Translations under genes and position numbers: made by a program | The notes under the pieces: generated by a model | Seen by the model: the letters and a program-made list of their open reading frames with translations, nothing else | Database searches by the model: none | Told to the model about the DNA's origin: nothing | Shown here: one piece after another, positions 16,385-26,064 of the stretch | Layout of the letters: each line of letters begins with the position of its first letter | Position numbering within the stretch: position 1 is the stretch's first letter | Assembly: GCA_963623195.1 (NCBI GenBank) | Contig: CAVFKA010000002.1 | Coordinates: 15,997 to 79,996 of the forward strand | Direction: 5' to 3' | DNA: 64,000 nt | DNA from: a bacterium | GTDB taxonomy: Bacteria; Bacillota_I; Bacilli_A; RFN20; CAG-826

Positions 16385-19219
16385 TTAAGCAGCTTTATAC
16401 AAATCGGATAAACTGTTGTTATATTTGGCACAGAATTCAGACCATTGAGCATCCGTATAGTTGAATGTCATCAAACGGATTCCGCCATAACCAATTAAGG
16501 AAACGTAGGTGTCTGTTGCGTAATTAACTTTGAATCCTAAGAGAGAGGAAGAACCACGAGCAACAAGTGGAACTGCTTCGAAACGGTTGAGAATACCTGC
16601 TTCTAAGCCAGCAAGAACTGTTAACTTTTGATTGTGGACTTTGTTCCAGGCTTCATAATTTGGATCATCTTTTGCAACTTCATCACCATATGCGGCTTCA
16701 GAGAATTCATCAGAATTGTTCATATCATCATACCATTTGTTGAATGAACGAGTTTCTGTTGTTGGATCAATGGTGCCGTCACCATTAAGGTCGATGTCGA
16801 GTTTTGTTTCGGATTGTTTGCCTTTGAAACCATATTCACATGTTTGTGTGAAGCTGTTATCGCAATAGACTTGCATTAAGCCATAAGGGTTAATGGCAGC
16901 GCCGCCCCATGTGGAGAAGATCATGTCATAACGGCCATTTTGGGCTGTTGTGTAGTAATCTTGGTCCTTGACCATTGTGATTGCGATATTGATTCTGTCG
17001 CTAGAGTTGATAGCACCATCAGCAATTAATTGTGTTGTGACATCTGCTAAGATTCCTGTCCAAGCTGTTTGGAGGAAGTTGAAAGCGGCAATCGTATTTT
17101 CGGAAGTATCGTCATAAACACGGAATTCGATGGCGATTGTGTCATTGGCTTTGATATGGCCTTCTTCAGTAGATTTGAGCTCTTCTTCGATGGCTTTTGT
17201 GACATATTTGATGCCAAGAGTGTAGTTGTATCCAACTGCATCTTCACTTAATGCCGTTCCTGTTGTTTCATCGATATCGTTTCCACCTAAATGACCATAA
17301 ACCTTGCCATAGACGCTCCTACCTTGATCGGTATTACGATATGTTTCACCAGTGGCGTTATTAGCGAGATATAAGTCGTTAAGTAAGCCTGTGAAGCCTT
17401 TAGAACCGGAAGTTGCTGCAGCAGCGAATTGAGTTCTATTCAAAGCTAAGGATAAGCCTTTACGGAAATCCATATTAGCTAAGATTGTCTTGTTTGTGCC
17501 AGCTGTGTTTTTTTGTCTGTCTAAGAGGGTTGCTCTATCAGAGTTGAAGGACAACTTTTGAGTATAGGACTCATAAGTTGTGGTGCAACGGCTTGATGTA
17601 CCATATTGACGGACATCATTAACTGTTAAGTCAATATCGTCTAATTTACCAGCAAGGAATTGTTGCATGGCTGTATCGTGGGATGGATAGATATTTGTGA
17701 CGATGCGGTCCATTTGGAATTGATTCTCGTGGGCTCCATCGGAATAGCCATACCACTTTTCGTTACGTTCGATACGGATTTCTTTACCTGTTTCGAAGTA
17801 AGTTAGCTTATAAGGGCCATAAGACATATAGTTATTAACGCTATTTGAAGCGTAAGTTGTGGCCTTTGTGCCGTTTGCTAAGTCTGTTGTTAATTTCTTA
17901 TAGAGATCAACATTAACCAAGAAGTTGCTTGTTAAGCTGAATTTGAGGTTAAGAGGTGTGATGGCCTTTGTGAGATAGAAACGGATTGTGTAATCATCTA
18001 CCTTTCTGATACCAATTTCATTAGCATCGATTGCGGCACCTTCATATGTATAAACATATGTACGTAAAGGTAATTTCCAAGCCCAAGATTTGTTGGCATA
18101 TGTGTTTCTTGAAGAAATGGCTTTAACGCATGCTTTGAGGTCTGCTTTTAAGTCATCGGAAGAATATTCCTCGATGTTATCCTCATTCCATACACTCTTT
18201 TCTTTGCCTTCAGAGTCCTTACCTGGGTTGGTGCTCTTGATGGTCATGATTTTGCCTGTTGTGCCAATTTCACTTTCATCGGTGGATGTGACAATCTTGA
18301 AACCATTATCGAGGAGATCAAGATCAAGGTCGACTTGATCGTCTTCCATCATTGTTGAAGAGACGTTTGTTGGATCTTTGACCTTTGCCCAATCATTTTT
18401 GTCGCTTGAACCACTGTGATCAAGCGCTTTCCACATATAGTAGGCATAAGCGTTGATGATACGTTCAGCAGGGAGCTTGATTGATTCATATCCGCTTGTG
18501 GTTGAATATTGGTACAAAACATCATAAAGGCTTGTGGAAGAATCAGAATTGCTGAAGATAGTGGAGATATAGTCACCATCTTCGGAACCCTTACCAAGGT
18601 TGAGGAAGTAGAATCCAGAGTCATCTTTAACATAGCCTTTATCAGTATCGGCCATGTATTTATAGAAGGATTCGATTGTTTGACGACCTTGCTTATAGTA
18701 GTTTTCAGCATTAACCAAGATCATGTTGCCGTTGTAGTAGGAGTCGGCACGGAAGTTAGCATATTTTGGGTTCAAGAGAAGTTCCATTGAATCAACGTAC
18801 TCTTGTGCGGTGATTTTTGTTCCATCTTCCCAAACGGCATTTTGGTTGAGCTTGATATCCCAGACCATGTTGGATGCGACGTTACCGGTCGATTCGCCAT
18901 AGTATGTGTCTAATTCTTCATCGGATAAGCTGCCTGGTTCAACTGCGATTGGCATTTCTGCGGCCATTTCAGTGACAAAGTTGTAACCATCTTTTGTGTC
19001 ATTCAAAACGGCATCATAGAAACCCATCTCGGTGAAACCAGTGACGTAAGATTCGTCGTTGGTTTGCCAGTTATGGACGTTCCAGTTGCTAGGGCTGGTA
19101 GATAAATATGTGTTGTATGTGTATTCAGCATCAGTATTTTCGGTGGTGTTTCCACAACCTGTCATTGTGAGAATGGCTGCGACTGATGCGATACCATATT
19201 TCCATTTAGTATTTCTCAT
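16385..19219 (-). CDS. oppA: Oligopeptide-binding lipoprotein OppA (944 aa, Mollicute-like large SBP)
   Basis: Lipobox MTGC. It is the first gene upstream of oppBCDF on the same strand. Size and composition are typical of family-5 SBPs from wall-less or low-GC lineages. Confidence 0.7.
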   Translation of the reverse strand: MRNTKWKYGIASVAAILTMTGCGNTTENTDAEYTYNTYLSTSPSNWNVHNWQTNDESYVTGFTEMGFYDAVLNDTKDGYNFVTEMAAEMPIAVEPGSLSDEELDTYYGESTGNVASNMVWDIKLNQNAVWEDGTKITAQEYVDSMELLLNPKYANFRADSYYNGNMILVNAENYYKQGRQTIESFYKYMADTDKGYVKDDSGFYFLNLGKGSEDGDYISTIFSNSDSSTSLYDVLYQYSTTSGYESIKLPAERIINAYAYYMWKALDHSGSSDKNDWAKVKDPTNVSSTMMEDDQVDLDLDLLDNGFKIVTSTDESEIGTTGKIMTIKSTNPGKDSEGKEKSVWNEDNIEEYSSDDLKADLKACVKAISSRNTYANKSWAWKLPLRTYVYTYEGAAIDANEIGIRKVDDYTIRFYLTKAITPLNLKFSLTSNFLVNVDLYKKLTTDLANGTKATTYASNSVNNYMSYGPYKLTYFETGKEIRIERNEKWYGYSDGAHENQFQMDRIVTNIYPSHDTAMQQFLAGKLDDIDLTVNDVRQYGTSSRCTTTYESYTQKLSFNSDRATLLDRQKNTAGTNKTILANMDFRKGLSLALNRTQFAAAATSGSKGFTGLLNDLYLANNATGETYRNTDQGRSVYGKVYGHLGGNDIDETTGTALSEDAVGYNYTLGIKYVTKAIEEELKSTEEGHIKANDTIAIEFRVYDDTSENTIAAFNFLQTAWTGILADVTTQLIADGAINSSDRINIAITMVKDQDYYTTAQNGRYDMIFSTWGGAAINPYGLMQVYCDNSFTQTCEYGFKGKQSETKLDIDLNGDGTIDPTTETRSFNKWYDDMNNSDEFSEAAYGDEVAKDDPNYEAWNKVHNQKLTVLAGLEAGILNRFEAVPLVARGSSSLLGFKVNYATDTYVSLIGYGGIRLMTFNYTDAQWSEFCAKYNNSLSDLYKAA

Positions 19220-19260
19220 AAAATTCTCCTTTCGTATATAAAGAACAAAGCGTTTTTGAT

Positions 19261-21162
19261 TTATTCGGCAGAGCTAGAAGAGCTTGTTTCTGTAGCAAAG
19301 TCGAAGTTGAAGTCGTTTGTTGTTGTTCCAACGTTTGAGACTGAGAATTTCATATCGATATAGTCTTGTAAGCCAATTGGTAAGTAAACGAGAGCATCGA
19401 CAGAAATTTCGTTTGTTGCAGTATTAACTGTGAAATATTCGTAGTTGGAATAGAGAGTTAAGGCGTGTTTGTCACCACCGGTGAATTCAACTGGTGTGAC
19501 GAGGTTTGTTCCAAGACCTGCTCCTTGGGCAATGATTGAGAAGCCATAGCCGTTCATATCGAAGATCTTGCCAAATAAGGAGTTGGTGACATCTGTTTCG
19601 TCATTATCACCACATTGGCCGGCATATGTGACTGTTGTGCCACTTGTCTTTTTGGAAGCCCAGATTGTGCCATTGGCATCTTCTAATGTGACATTATCTG
19701 CTGTCATGGCGGAGATTAAGCCAGATTCATAGACGGTCTTATTTTCTGCGCCGACTTCTTTAGCACTCATCTTTCCATCATTGTTTAAGGAAGAAAGATA
19801 AGTATTTGTGCCATCATCCCAGAAAGCGATGGTTCCTAATAATTCTTCTTCTTCGGCAGGGAGATATTTGCCAGTTTCTTCGTTTTCTTCAACTGGAAGA
19901 CCTGTATAGGTGCTGATAACGCCATTCTCGGTGAATGTTGTTGTGATTGTAACGTGTGTGCAACCAGTGATGTTTGCTAAAGCGTCAGAGGAATAATCAT
20001 CAATTTTGAGGGCATTTCCGCTTGAATCAACTGAAGTTAATTCTGTTGTGACAGTGTAGTTCTTGCCGGTTGCTAAAGCAGAGAATGCTGTGGAGATTTC
20101 AGGAGCTTGAATCTTTGTTGGGAGATAGGAAGCGCTCTTGATGGCTGTCTCCATGATATCAATTGAAGAAGTGCCGATATCTTGGATGCCAACAATTGTC
20201 CAGTAACCGGTTTGGGTTCCGTTGCTAACATAGCAGGTGAAAAGAGCCATATCGCCTTCATCATCGCCATCGGTATCGTATAAACCACCATATTCAGCGC
20301 CAGCATAGCTGTAACCGTAGTTGTCTGGGAAGGTTGACATACCGTAGTTGAGAAGAGTTTCTTCGAAGCTGTTGCCCATTAAGATATATTCTTCTCCAGC
20401 TTCGGTCGTCTCATAGGAGACGTCTGTTGCATCAAGATTTAAATCTCCTGTGATGTAGTAACCAGACCAGTTGGCATATCCAGGTTCGAAGACTGGCTTG
20501 TAGTCGTCTTTTGTGCCTTCGAAGCTGCCCCAATAGGTGTGGCCATCGCTTAATTTAGCGAGAAGTGTAGATGTTGGTTCGCCAGCATAAGCTGTATCTG
20601 AGCCATAAACGGCACCTGGATCATTTTCATCGTAGATAGCGATGTAGTTTTCATTGTGAACGTATGTTTGGCCATACTCTAACCTATTATTGTCGTTTAT
20701 ATCCCATTGAGTTAAGGTGTAATTCCCTGGAGTTTCGCTTAATGGAGCAAGGAAGTCAATTAATTCTTTGTGCTCTTCGGAAACAACACTCAAAGTGATT
20801 CTAGCCTTAACCGTTCCGGCAGAAATTGTTAATACGTATTCGCCGTGTGCAGCAGCTTTGACCTTATGTCCTTCGATGGAAACGTTTTCGCTTGTGCAAG
20901 TGACGTTGTAGTTTTTGTCTGTTGAGTTATCATCATATTTGATGGTGATATATGTGTCTAAGTCAACTTCTTCATTGACAACGACATAATCGATAGCATC
21001 ATGTTGGATTCTAGTTGCAACTTTAGCAACTGAAGAAGAAACTGGTGTTTCGGATGATGATGCTTCAGCGGAAGAAGAATTGACGACTTCTCCGCAAGAT
21101 ACTAAGCCTGTGACCAATGCAGCAGCACTTAATACTGTAATTAATTTAATTTTCTTATTCAT
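19261..21162 (-). CDS. Surface lipoprotein of unknown function, Ser/Thr-rich
   Basis: Preferred start is MNKKIKLITVLSAAALVTGLVSCG (lipobox LVSC) with GGAGGG 9 nt upstream. The ORF track's longer N-terminus (MLTPDLLQEGHYS) lacks an RBS. Confidence 0.6.
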   Translation of the reverse strand: MNKKIKLITVLSAAALVTGLVSCGEVVNSSSAEASSSETPVSSSVAKVATRIQHDAIDYVVVNEEVDLDTYITIKYDDNSTDKNYNVTCTSENVSIEGHKVKAAAHGEYVLTISAGTVKARITLSVVSEEHKELIDFLAPLSETPGNYTLTQWDINDNNRLEYGQTYVHNENYIAIYDENDPGAVYGSDTAYAGEPTSTLLAKLSDGHTYWGSFEGTKDDYKPVFEPGYANWSGYYITGDLNLDATDVSYETTEAGEEYILMGNSFEETLLNYGMSTFPDNYGYSYAGAEYGGLYDTDGDDEGDMALFTCYVSNGTQTGYWTIVGIQDIGTSSIDIMETAIKSASYLPTKIQAPEISTAFSALATGKNYTVTTELTSVDSSGNALKIDDYSSDALANITGCTHVTITTTFTENGVISTYTGLPVEENEETGKYLPAEEEELLGTIAFWDDGTNTYLSSLNNDGKMSAKEVGAENKTVYESGLISAMTADNVTLEDANGTIWASKKTSGTTVTYAGQCGDNDETDVTNSLFGKIFDMNGYGFSIIAQGAGLGTNLVTPVEFTGGDKHALTLYSNYEYFTVNTATNEISVDALVYLPIGLQDYIDMKFSVSNVGTTTNDFNFDFATETSSSSSAE

Positions 21163-21406
21163 AGAATAGTGACCCTCCTGTAACAAGTCAGGTGTTAACA
21201 TACACCAAGTGAAAAGAATTTCAATGATTATTTTTACAAATTTGCATATTGTGCTGATTTTATATGTACATTGATTAAATTTTTACAAACAATATGTTCG
21301 GTTCATAAAGAATGCAAAGAAAACAAATTTAAGAAATATTTTCCTTTTCTTGAAGAAAAGAAACAAGACTAGTAATATTATCGTTGTTAATTCGAGGTAG
21401 TTATTT

Positions 21407-21901
21407 ATGGAAAAGAATTCAAAAAAGAACTCATTATTACCAGGAATATTAGGAATTGTCGCAGTTATCGCGATAATTGGTGCATTATTATTCCCATTAG
21501 GTCCAGGCTTAATTGCTAAGGACTCCTTTGCTGAAGCAGCAAAAGGATATGACTTTGTCTTTGGAAACGAAGCTCTTCAACTCAATGACCCATATGGTGC
21601 GATGATTGCATGGTTTGTCTTATTGCTCATTGCCGCCTTCTTCGGAGTTGTTGCAGCCATCACAGGTTTCTTTGGTGGAAAAGTTGGTGCATTCTTCTCT
21701 TTCTTAACTGGTGTTATTTGCTTAGTTTGCGCAGTCTTGTTCTTCCTTTCTCCAATCATGGTTGGAAACGTCTGGGCCTCAAGCTTTAATACTAGTGCTT
21801 CCTTAGGATGGGGTTACATCATTGCAGGTGCTTGCTCTGGCGTTGGCGCTTTAGCTAGCTTAGTTATTGGCGTTAAAGGCTTATTTGGCAAAGCTGCCTA
21901 A
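21407..21901 (+). CDS. Small glycine-rich four-TM membrane protein
   Basis: 164 aa with four hydrophobic helices carrying GxxxG-type motifs. It is followed by a terminator hairpin. Confidence 0.55.
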   Translation: MEKNSKKNSLLPGILGIVAVIAIIGALLFPLGPGLIAKDSFAEAAKGYDFVFGNEALQLNDPYGAMIAWFVLLLIAAFFGVVAAITGFFGGKVGAFFSFLTGVICLVCAVLFFLSPIMVGNVWASSFNTSASLGWGYIIAGACSGVGALASLVIGVKGLFGKAA

Positions 21902-21930
21902 TATATCTTATATATAATAGGATACAATCA

Positions 21931-21955
21931 AGGCCCCTCAATTGGGGCCTTTTCT
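21931..21955 (+). terminator. Rho-independent terminator
   Basis: Stem aggcccc/ggggcct with loop tcaatt, then TTTTCTC. Confidence 0.6.
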
Positions 21956-21959
21956 CACT

Positions 21960-22859
21960 ATGAAGACTTTAGGATCAAACATTCAATATTTCAGAAAGAA
22001 AAAGGGTTTATCAGAAGATGCATTGGCCCGTTATCTTTCAGTATCGAAAGATTTGGTTATCTCCTGGGAAAAAGGAGAAAGAGAACCCTCAAGTGAGAAT
22101 ATTGAGAAGATATCCTCTTTCTTAAGAATATCCAAAGATGAACTGCTAGATGCTTCTAGCGAAAAAAAAGAGAAAATCATTCCTGTTTATTCTTATGAAA
22201 GCAAAGGCAAATTAGTTGGTCAATGTGCTAGATGTGGCAAAAGCATCTATTCCAATAATGCATACGGAATGGGAAAGGTCGCATTCAATAAGAAAGGTGT
22301 GAAAGTCTTTTCATACGATCCTAAAGATCCATCTGGAGACGAATATTTTTGTGATGAATGTTGCAAGGAAATCCTTTCTTTAAGTATCGATGAAAAAGAA
22401 AAGGAATACCTTAGTGAGAAAAGACGTATCTCTAAGGCTGGCGGAGTGTCCTTATTTGCTGGAATCTTAACGATGGGCTTAACTGCCTTAGGCGCGTTTA
22501 TTTTATATTTGTTCCTTAAAAATCTATTAATTACATACCTAGTTGGTTTCTCAGGATTGTTAACGGGATATTTGGTGTTCTCTTTTGTTTACACTTTCTT
22601 GTTACGTGAGAATTGGATGCATGAGCTTATTTGCTCATATTGCAAGACTTCCTATATATCTATATTCAAAAAGATAGCGGAAAATGATGTTCAAGATGTC
22701 CTGAAAACCGGCTTTGTTAAAGCCTGTGTTATGGGATTCATTTATGTTTTGTCATCTCTGATATTAGTGGTATTAGTCATCGTTTTAAGCGTTGTTTCTA
22801 TGTTTATATGGCCTAAGGCTAGAAAAGACGCGATAAGCGTTTTAGAAGAGAAGAAATAA
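21960..22859 (+). CDS. Membrane-anchored XRE-family regulator with a central zinc ribbon
   Basis: HTH_XRE at the N-terminus (start chosen at MKTLGSNIQYFRKKKGLSEDALARYLSVS), a CxxC...CxxCC zinc ribbon (CARCGKS...FCDECCKE), then three C-terminal TM helices. Confidence 0.7.
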   Translation: MKTLGSNIQYFRKKKGLSEDALARYLSVSKDLVISWEKGEREPSSENIEKISSFLRISKDELLDASSEKKEKIIPVYSYESKGKLVGQCARCGKSIYSNNAYGMGKVAFNKKGVKVFSYDPKDPSGDEYFCDECCKEILSLSIDEKEKEYLSEKRRISKAGGVSLFAGILTMGLTALGAFILYLFLKNLLITYLVGFSGLLTGYLVFSFVYTFLLRENWMHELICSYCKTSYISIFKKIAENDVQDVLKTGFVKACVMGFIYVLSSLILVVLVIVLSVVSMFIWPKARKDAISVLEEKK

Positions 22860-22861
22860 TT

Positions 22862-23335
22862 ATGGCTAAGATTATCAAAACGAATGTTATGCGTCTTCTT
22901 GATGAAGCAAATATACAATATTCATCCCATCAATACGATGAGAATATTGTGGATGGAAATGGAGTTGCAAACGCTCTTAATGAAGATCCAGAATGTGTAT
23001 TTAAAAGTCTTGTCGTAGAGAATGAGAAACATGAACATTTCATCTTTGAAGTCCCTGTCAATTGCACTTTAAACCTTAAGAAAGCCGCTAAAGCCACATC
23101 ATCCAAATCGATAGAAATGATTCCTCAAAAAGAATTATTGCCTCTGACTGGGTATGTCCATGGAGGTTGTTCTCCTATAGGTTTGAAGAAAACCATGCCA
23201 GTTTTCATTGATGAAACGGCTCAGATATTCGACAAAATCTACATATCTGGTGGGAAAAGAGGTTTCCAAGTGGGACTCTCTCCTCTAGATTTAGCTAAAT
23301 ATACGAATGCAAAATTTATAGATATTTTGAATTAA
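22862..23335 (+). CDS. ybaK: YbaK/EbsC-type Cys-tRNA(Pro) deacylase
   Basis: 157 aa. The conserved GYVHGGCSPIG region is typical of the YbaK trans-editing family. Confidence 0.8.
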   Translation: MAKIIKTNVMRLLDEANIQYSSHQYDENIVDGNGVANALNEDPECVFKSLVVENEKHEHFIFEVPVNCTLNLKKAAKATSSKSIEMIPQKELLPLTGYVHGGCSPIGLKKTMPVFIDETAQIFDKIYISGGKRGFQVGLSPLDLAKYTNAKFIDILN

Positions 23336-23391
23336 TTTTGTCCTTTTTTCAAAAAACCCTCCTTTATATAAGTGAAGGAGGTTTTTAATTT

Positions 23392-23742
23392 ATGCTAGAA
23401 ACAGTTAAAAACGACAGAAAAAATGAATTATTCGATTATCTAAATTATCTATTATCAACGGAGCTATATCCTTATGCCCATCAAGCAAAAGGACATTATC
23501 AGGCAAAAGATTTGCATGAGAAGATCTCAAAGGTGTTTGATCGTATCTTAGATTCAAAAGATAAAGAAGAAATCCAAAGAGAGGCTCTTATTCATGAAAC
23601 ATCATATGAGATATGTGAGTTAATCGACGATGATTTATTTAATTATTTATCTAAAACGGTTGATGGAAATTTCTATTTGATTAACTTCAAAGTGTTCCAA
23701 GAAAAGTTGAGTGCTAAAATCAGAAATGTTTTAAGAGATTGA
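23392..23742 (+). CDS. Hypothetical protein, 116 aa
   Basis: ORF with AAGGAGG 10 nt upstream. The RBS lies in the right arm of a hairpin (23358-23381). Confidence 0.5.
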   Translation: MLETVKNDRKNELFDYLNYLLSTELYPYAHQAKGHYQAKDLHEKISKVFDRILDSKDKEEIQREALIHETSYEICELIDDDLFNYLSKTVDGNFYLINFKVFQEKLSAKIRNVLRD

Positions 23743-23803
23743 AAAAATAATCAAATTTTTATCCGATAAATACTAAATTTTAAAAAAAATTAGCAATTAT
23801 GTG

Positions 23804-23831
23804 TTGACAGTGCTAAAGGAATGATTACAAT
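23804..23831 (+). promoter_or_regulatory. Sigma-A type promoter for hsp20 (TTGACA, 16 nt spacer, TACAAT)
   Basis: TTGACA at 23804-23809 and TACAAT at 23826-23831. Confidence 0.6.
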
Positions 23832-23835
23832 AGTA

Positions 23836-23862
23836 TTAGCACTTGTGAGAAAAGAGTGCTAA
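23836..23862 (+). promoter_or_regulatory. CIRCE (HrcA) operator
   Basis: TTAGCACTT-N9-GAGTGCTAA matches the CIRCE consensus TTAGCACTC-N9-GAGTGCTAA with one mismatch. It sits between the -10 element and the RBS GGAGGA. Confidence 0.8.
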
Positions 23863-23884
23863 ACCAATTTGGAGGATAAAAATT

Positions 23885-24304
23885 ATGAATAACGAATTAA
23901 CAAACTACAGCAACGGATTACTAGATCCATTCTTCGACTTCTTTGCACCTGTTTATAAGGAGAGCAAGTACAGAGGTCTTCAAATGAGAACAGATATCAA
24001 GGAAGATGAAAAAGGATATACATTCGATATCGATCTTCCTGGTGTCAAAAAAGAAAACATCTCCGTCTCTTTCAAAGATGGATATTTAAAGATCGAAGTT
24101 CAATCCCAATCCGAAGAGAAGGAAAACGAAACATCTAAATATATCCGTAGAGAAAGATATTTCGAGAATGTAAGCCGTTCTTTCTATATTGGCGAAGTTG
24201 ATGAAAAGAACATTACAGCCAAATTTGATAACGGTGTCTTGAATCTTTTTGCTCCTAAAGCAGTTCCTGAAGAAGCAAAAGAGACTAAAATTGCCATTCT
24301 TTAA
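23885..24304 (+). CDS. Hsp20/alpha-crystallin family small heat-shock protein
   Basis: 139 aa with an alpha-crystallin domain (RTDIKEDEKGYTFDIDLPGVKKENISVSFKDGYLKI) and a C-terminal I-x-I (IAIL). Confidence 0.85.
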   Translation: MNNELTNYSNGLLDPFFDFFAPVYKESKYRGLQMRTDIKEDEKGYTFDIDLPGVKKENISVSFKDGYLKIEVQSQSEEKENETSKYIRRERYFENVSRSFYIGEVDEKNITAKFDNGVLNLFAPKAVPEEAKETKIAIL

Positions 24305-24326
24305 TTCCTATAAAGATACGGACAAG

Positions 24327-24358
24327 AAGGTGAGTTTATGGGGCTCACCTTTTTGTTT
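24327..24358 (+). terminator. Rho-independent terminator after hsp20
   Basis: Stem aaggtgag/ctcacctt with loop tttatgggg, then TTTTGTTT. Confidence 0.65.
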
Positions 24359-24424
24359 ACAAAGCCATATTATTTATATATCGATAAATAATTATTGAAA
24401 TAAATTTTTAGACAAACAATAATA

Positions 24425-25207
24425 ATGTATATGCGTTACTGTATTTTTAATCGTGATGATACTTTTTCTAAAGAAATGGCTTTGAAAGTTAAATCTTTTC
24501 TAAGCGTTGATCCTTTCTTTTCTTTTTCTAAAGACGACCCTGAATTAGTTATTGTAATTGGCGGAGACGGGACATTTTTAGCCGCCTTCCATCAATATGA
24601 GCATAACTTAGAAAACAAGACATTCCTTTCTTTCAATACAGGAACGATCGGATATTACAATGAGTTTGATATACATGATTATGTAAATATCTTGAATTCA
24701 ATCAAAGAAAACTCCTTTCCTACAAGAGATTTTTCCTTGCTTGAATATTCTGACAATAAAAATACTTATTACTCTATCAACGAATTCATCATCAGTGGTC
24801 TCATTCATAATGTTGAATACGATGTTTATCTCGATAATGAGAAAATCGAACAATATTTCGGCATGGGGTTTGTTGTTTCAACCTCAACTGGCTCGATGGG
24901 ATACAACAGATCAATTAATGGCCCGATAGTAGATATAGATAATGACGGAATGATTTTAACTGAGATAGCCGCCATCCGTTCTAAGGCATATCAAGCAATA
25001 GGCTCCCCTCTCGTTTTATCAAATAAGAGAACCTTAACATTCAAAGAAAGAAACAATCGTCCTGGGAGTCTCTTAATCGATAACATTCTTACTGAAGAGA
25101 AAGTCTCAAAAGAATTTTCTATCAAGATATCTAATATAAAAGTTCATTGTTACTCAAAGGAGAAAGATCCTTTCGTGGCAAGATTAAAAAAGACAATGGG
25201 TTTCTAA
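24425..25207 (+). CDS. nadK: NAD kinase
   Basis: GGDGTFL motif and NAD-kinase architecture; 260 aa. Confidence 0.85.
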   Translation: MYMRYCIFNRDDTFSKEMALKVKSFLSVDPFFSFSKDDPELVIVIGGDGTFLAAFHQYEHNLENKTFLSFNTGTIGYYNEFDIHDYVNILNSIKENSFPTRDFSLLEYSDNKNTYYSINEFIISGLIHNVEYDVYLDNEKIEQYFGMGFVVSTSTGSMGYNRSINGPIVDIDNDGMILTEIAAIRSKAYQAIGSPLVLSNKRTLTFKERNNRPGSLLIDNILTEEKVSKEFSIKISNIKVHCYSKEKDPFVARLKKTMGF

Positions 25208-25219
25208 AGGAGGAAACAT

Positions 25220-26062
25220 ATGTATAAAATTGCAAAAAAACGTGTTTTAAACCCGACAATCGTGGAGTTGGAAATCGAATCTCCAGAGATTGCTAAAAAA
25301 GCAAAGCCAGGGGAATTCATCATCCTTAGAGTTGATGAAGATGGAGAAAGGATTCCATTAACAATTGCTGGTGAAGATGTTGAGAAAGGTACTGTTAAAA
25401 TCATTTTCCAAATAGTCGGATCCACAACTTACAAACTCTCTCTCAAAGAAGAAGGAGAATATATCCAAGACTTTGTCGGTCCTTTAGGAAGACCAACTGA
25501 ATTAGATGGACTTAAGAAGGTCTGTATTATCGGTGGTGGAGCAGGTAGCGCAATTGCAATGCCAATCGCTCAAGAACTCCATAGAAGAGGAGCAACCGTT
25601 CACTCAATCGTAGGTTTTAGAAACAAAGATTTAGTCATTCTCGAAGATGAATTCAAGGCATGTTCTGATGTTTTCAAAATCATGACAGATGATGGAAGTG
25701 CTGGCGAAAAAGGCTTAGTCACGAATGCTTTAGAGGCTCTTTTAGCTGAAGGAAACGTCTATGATGAAGTCATTGCTATCGGACCTATCGTGATGATGAA
25801 GTTTGTTGCCCTTATGTGCAAAGAAAAAGGCATCAAGATTGTCGTTTCTATGAACCCAATCATGATCGATGGAACTGGTATGTGCGGCGGTTGCCGTCTC
25901 ACAGTCGGTGGAGAAACCAAATTCGCTTGCGTTGATGGCCCAGATTTTGATGGCGCCTTAGTTGATTTTGATGAAGCCCGTTGCCGTGGTGGAATATATC
26001 GTGAATGGGAAAAGCATAAATACGAAGAAACATGCAATTTATTCAAGAAGGAGGCTAAATAA
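25220..26062 (+). CDS. PyrK-like FAD/[2Fe-2S] oxidoreductase subunit (NfnA/SudB-like)
   Basis: Ferredoxin-reductase fold with a C-terminal 2Fe-2S cluster motif CGGCRL...C. It lies directly upstream of a GltD-like subunit. Confidence 0.7.
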   Translation: MYKIAKKRVLNPTIVELEIESPEIAKKAKPGEFIILRVDEDGERIPLTIAGEDVEKGTVKIIFQIVGSTTYKLSLKEEGEYIQDFVGPLGRPTELDGLKKVCIIGGGAGSAIAMPIAQELHRRGATVHSIVGFRNKDLVILEDEFKACSDVFKIMTDDGSAGEKGLVTNALEALLAEGNVYDEVIAIGPIVMMKFVALMCKEKGIKIVVSMNPIMIDGTGMCGGCRLTVGGETKFACVDGPDFDGALVDFDEARCRGGIYREWEKHKYEETCNLFKKEAK

Positions 26063-26064
26063 GT

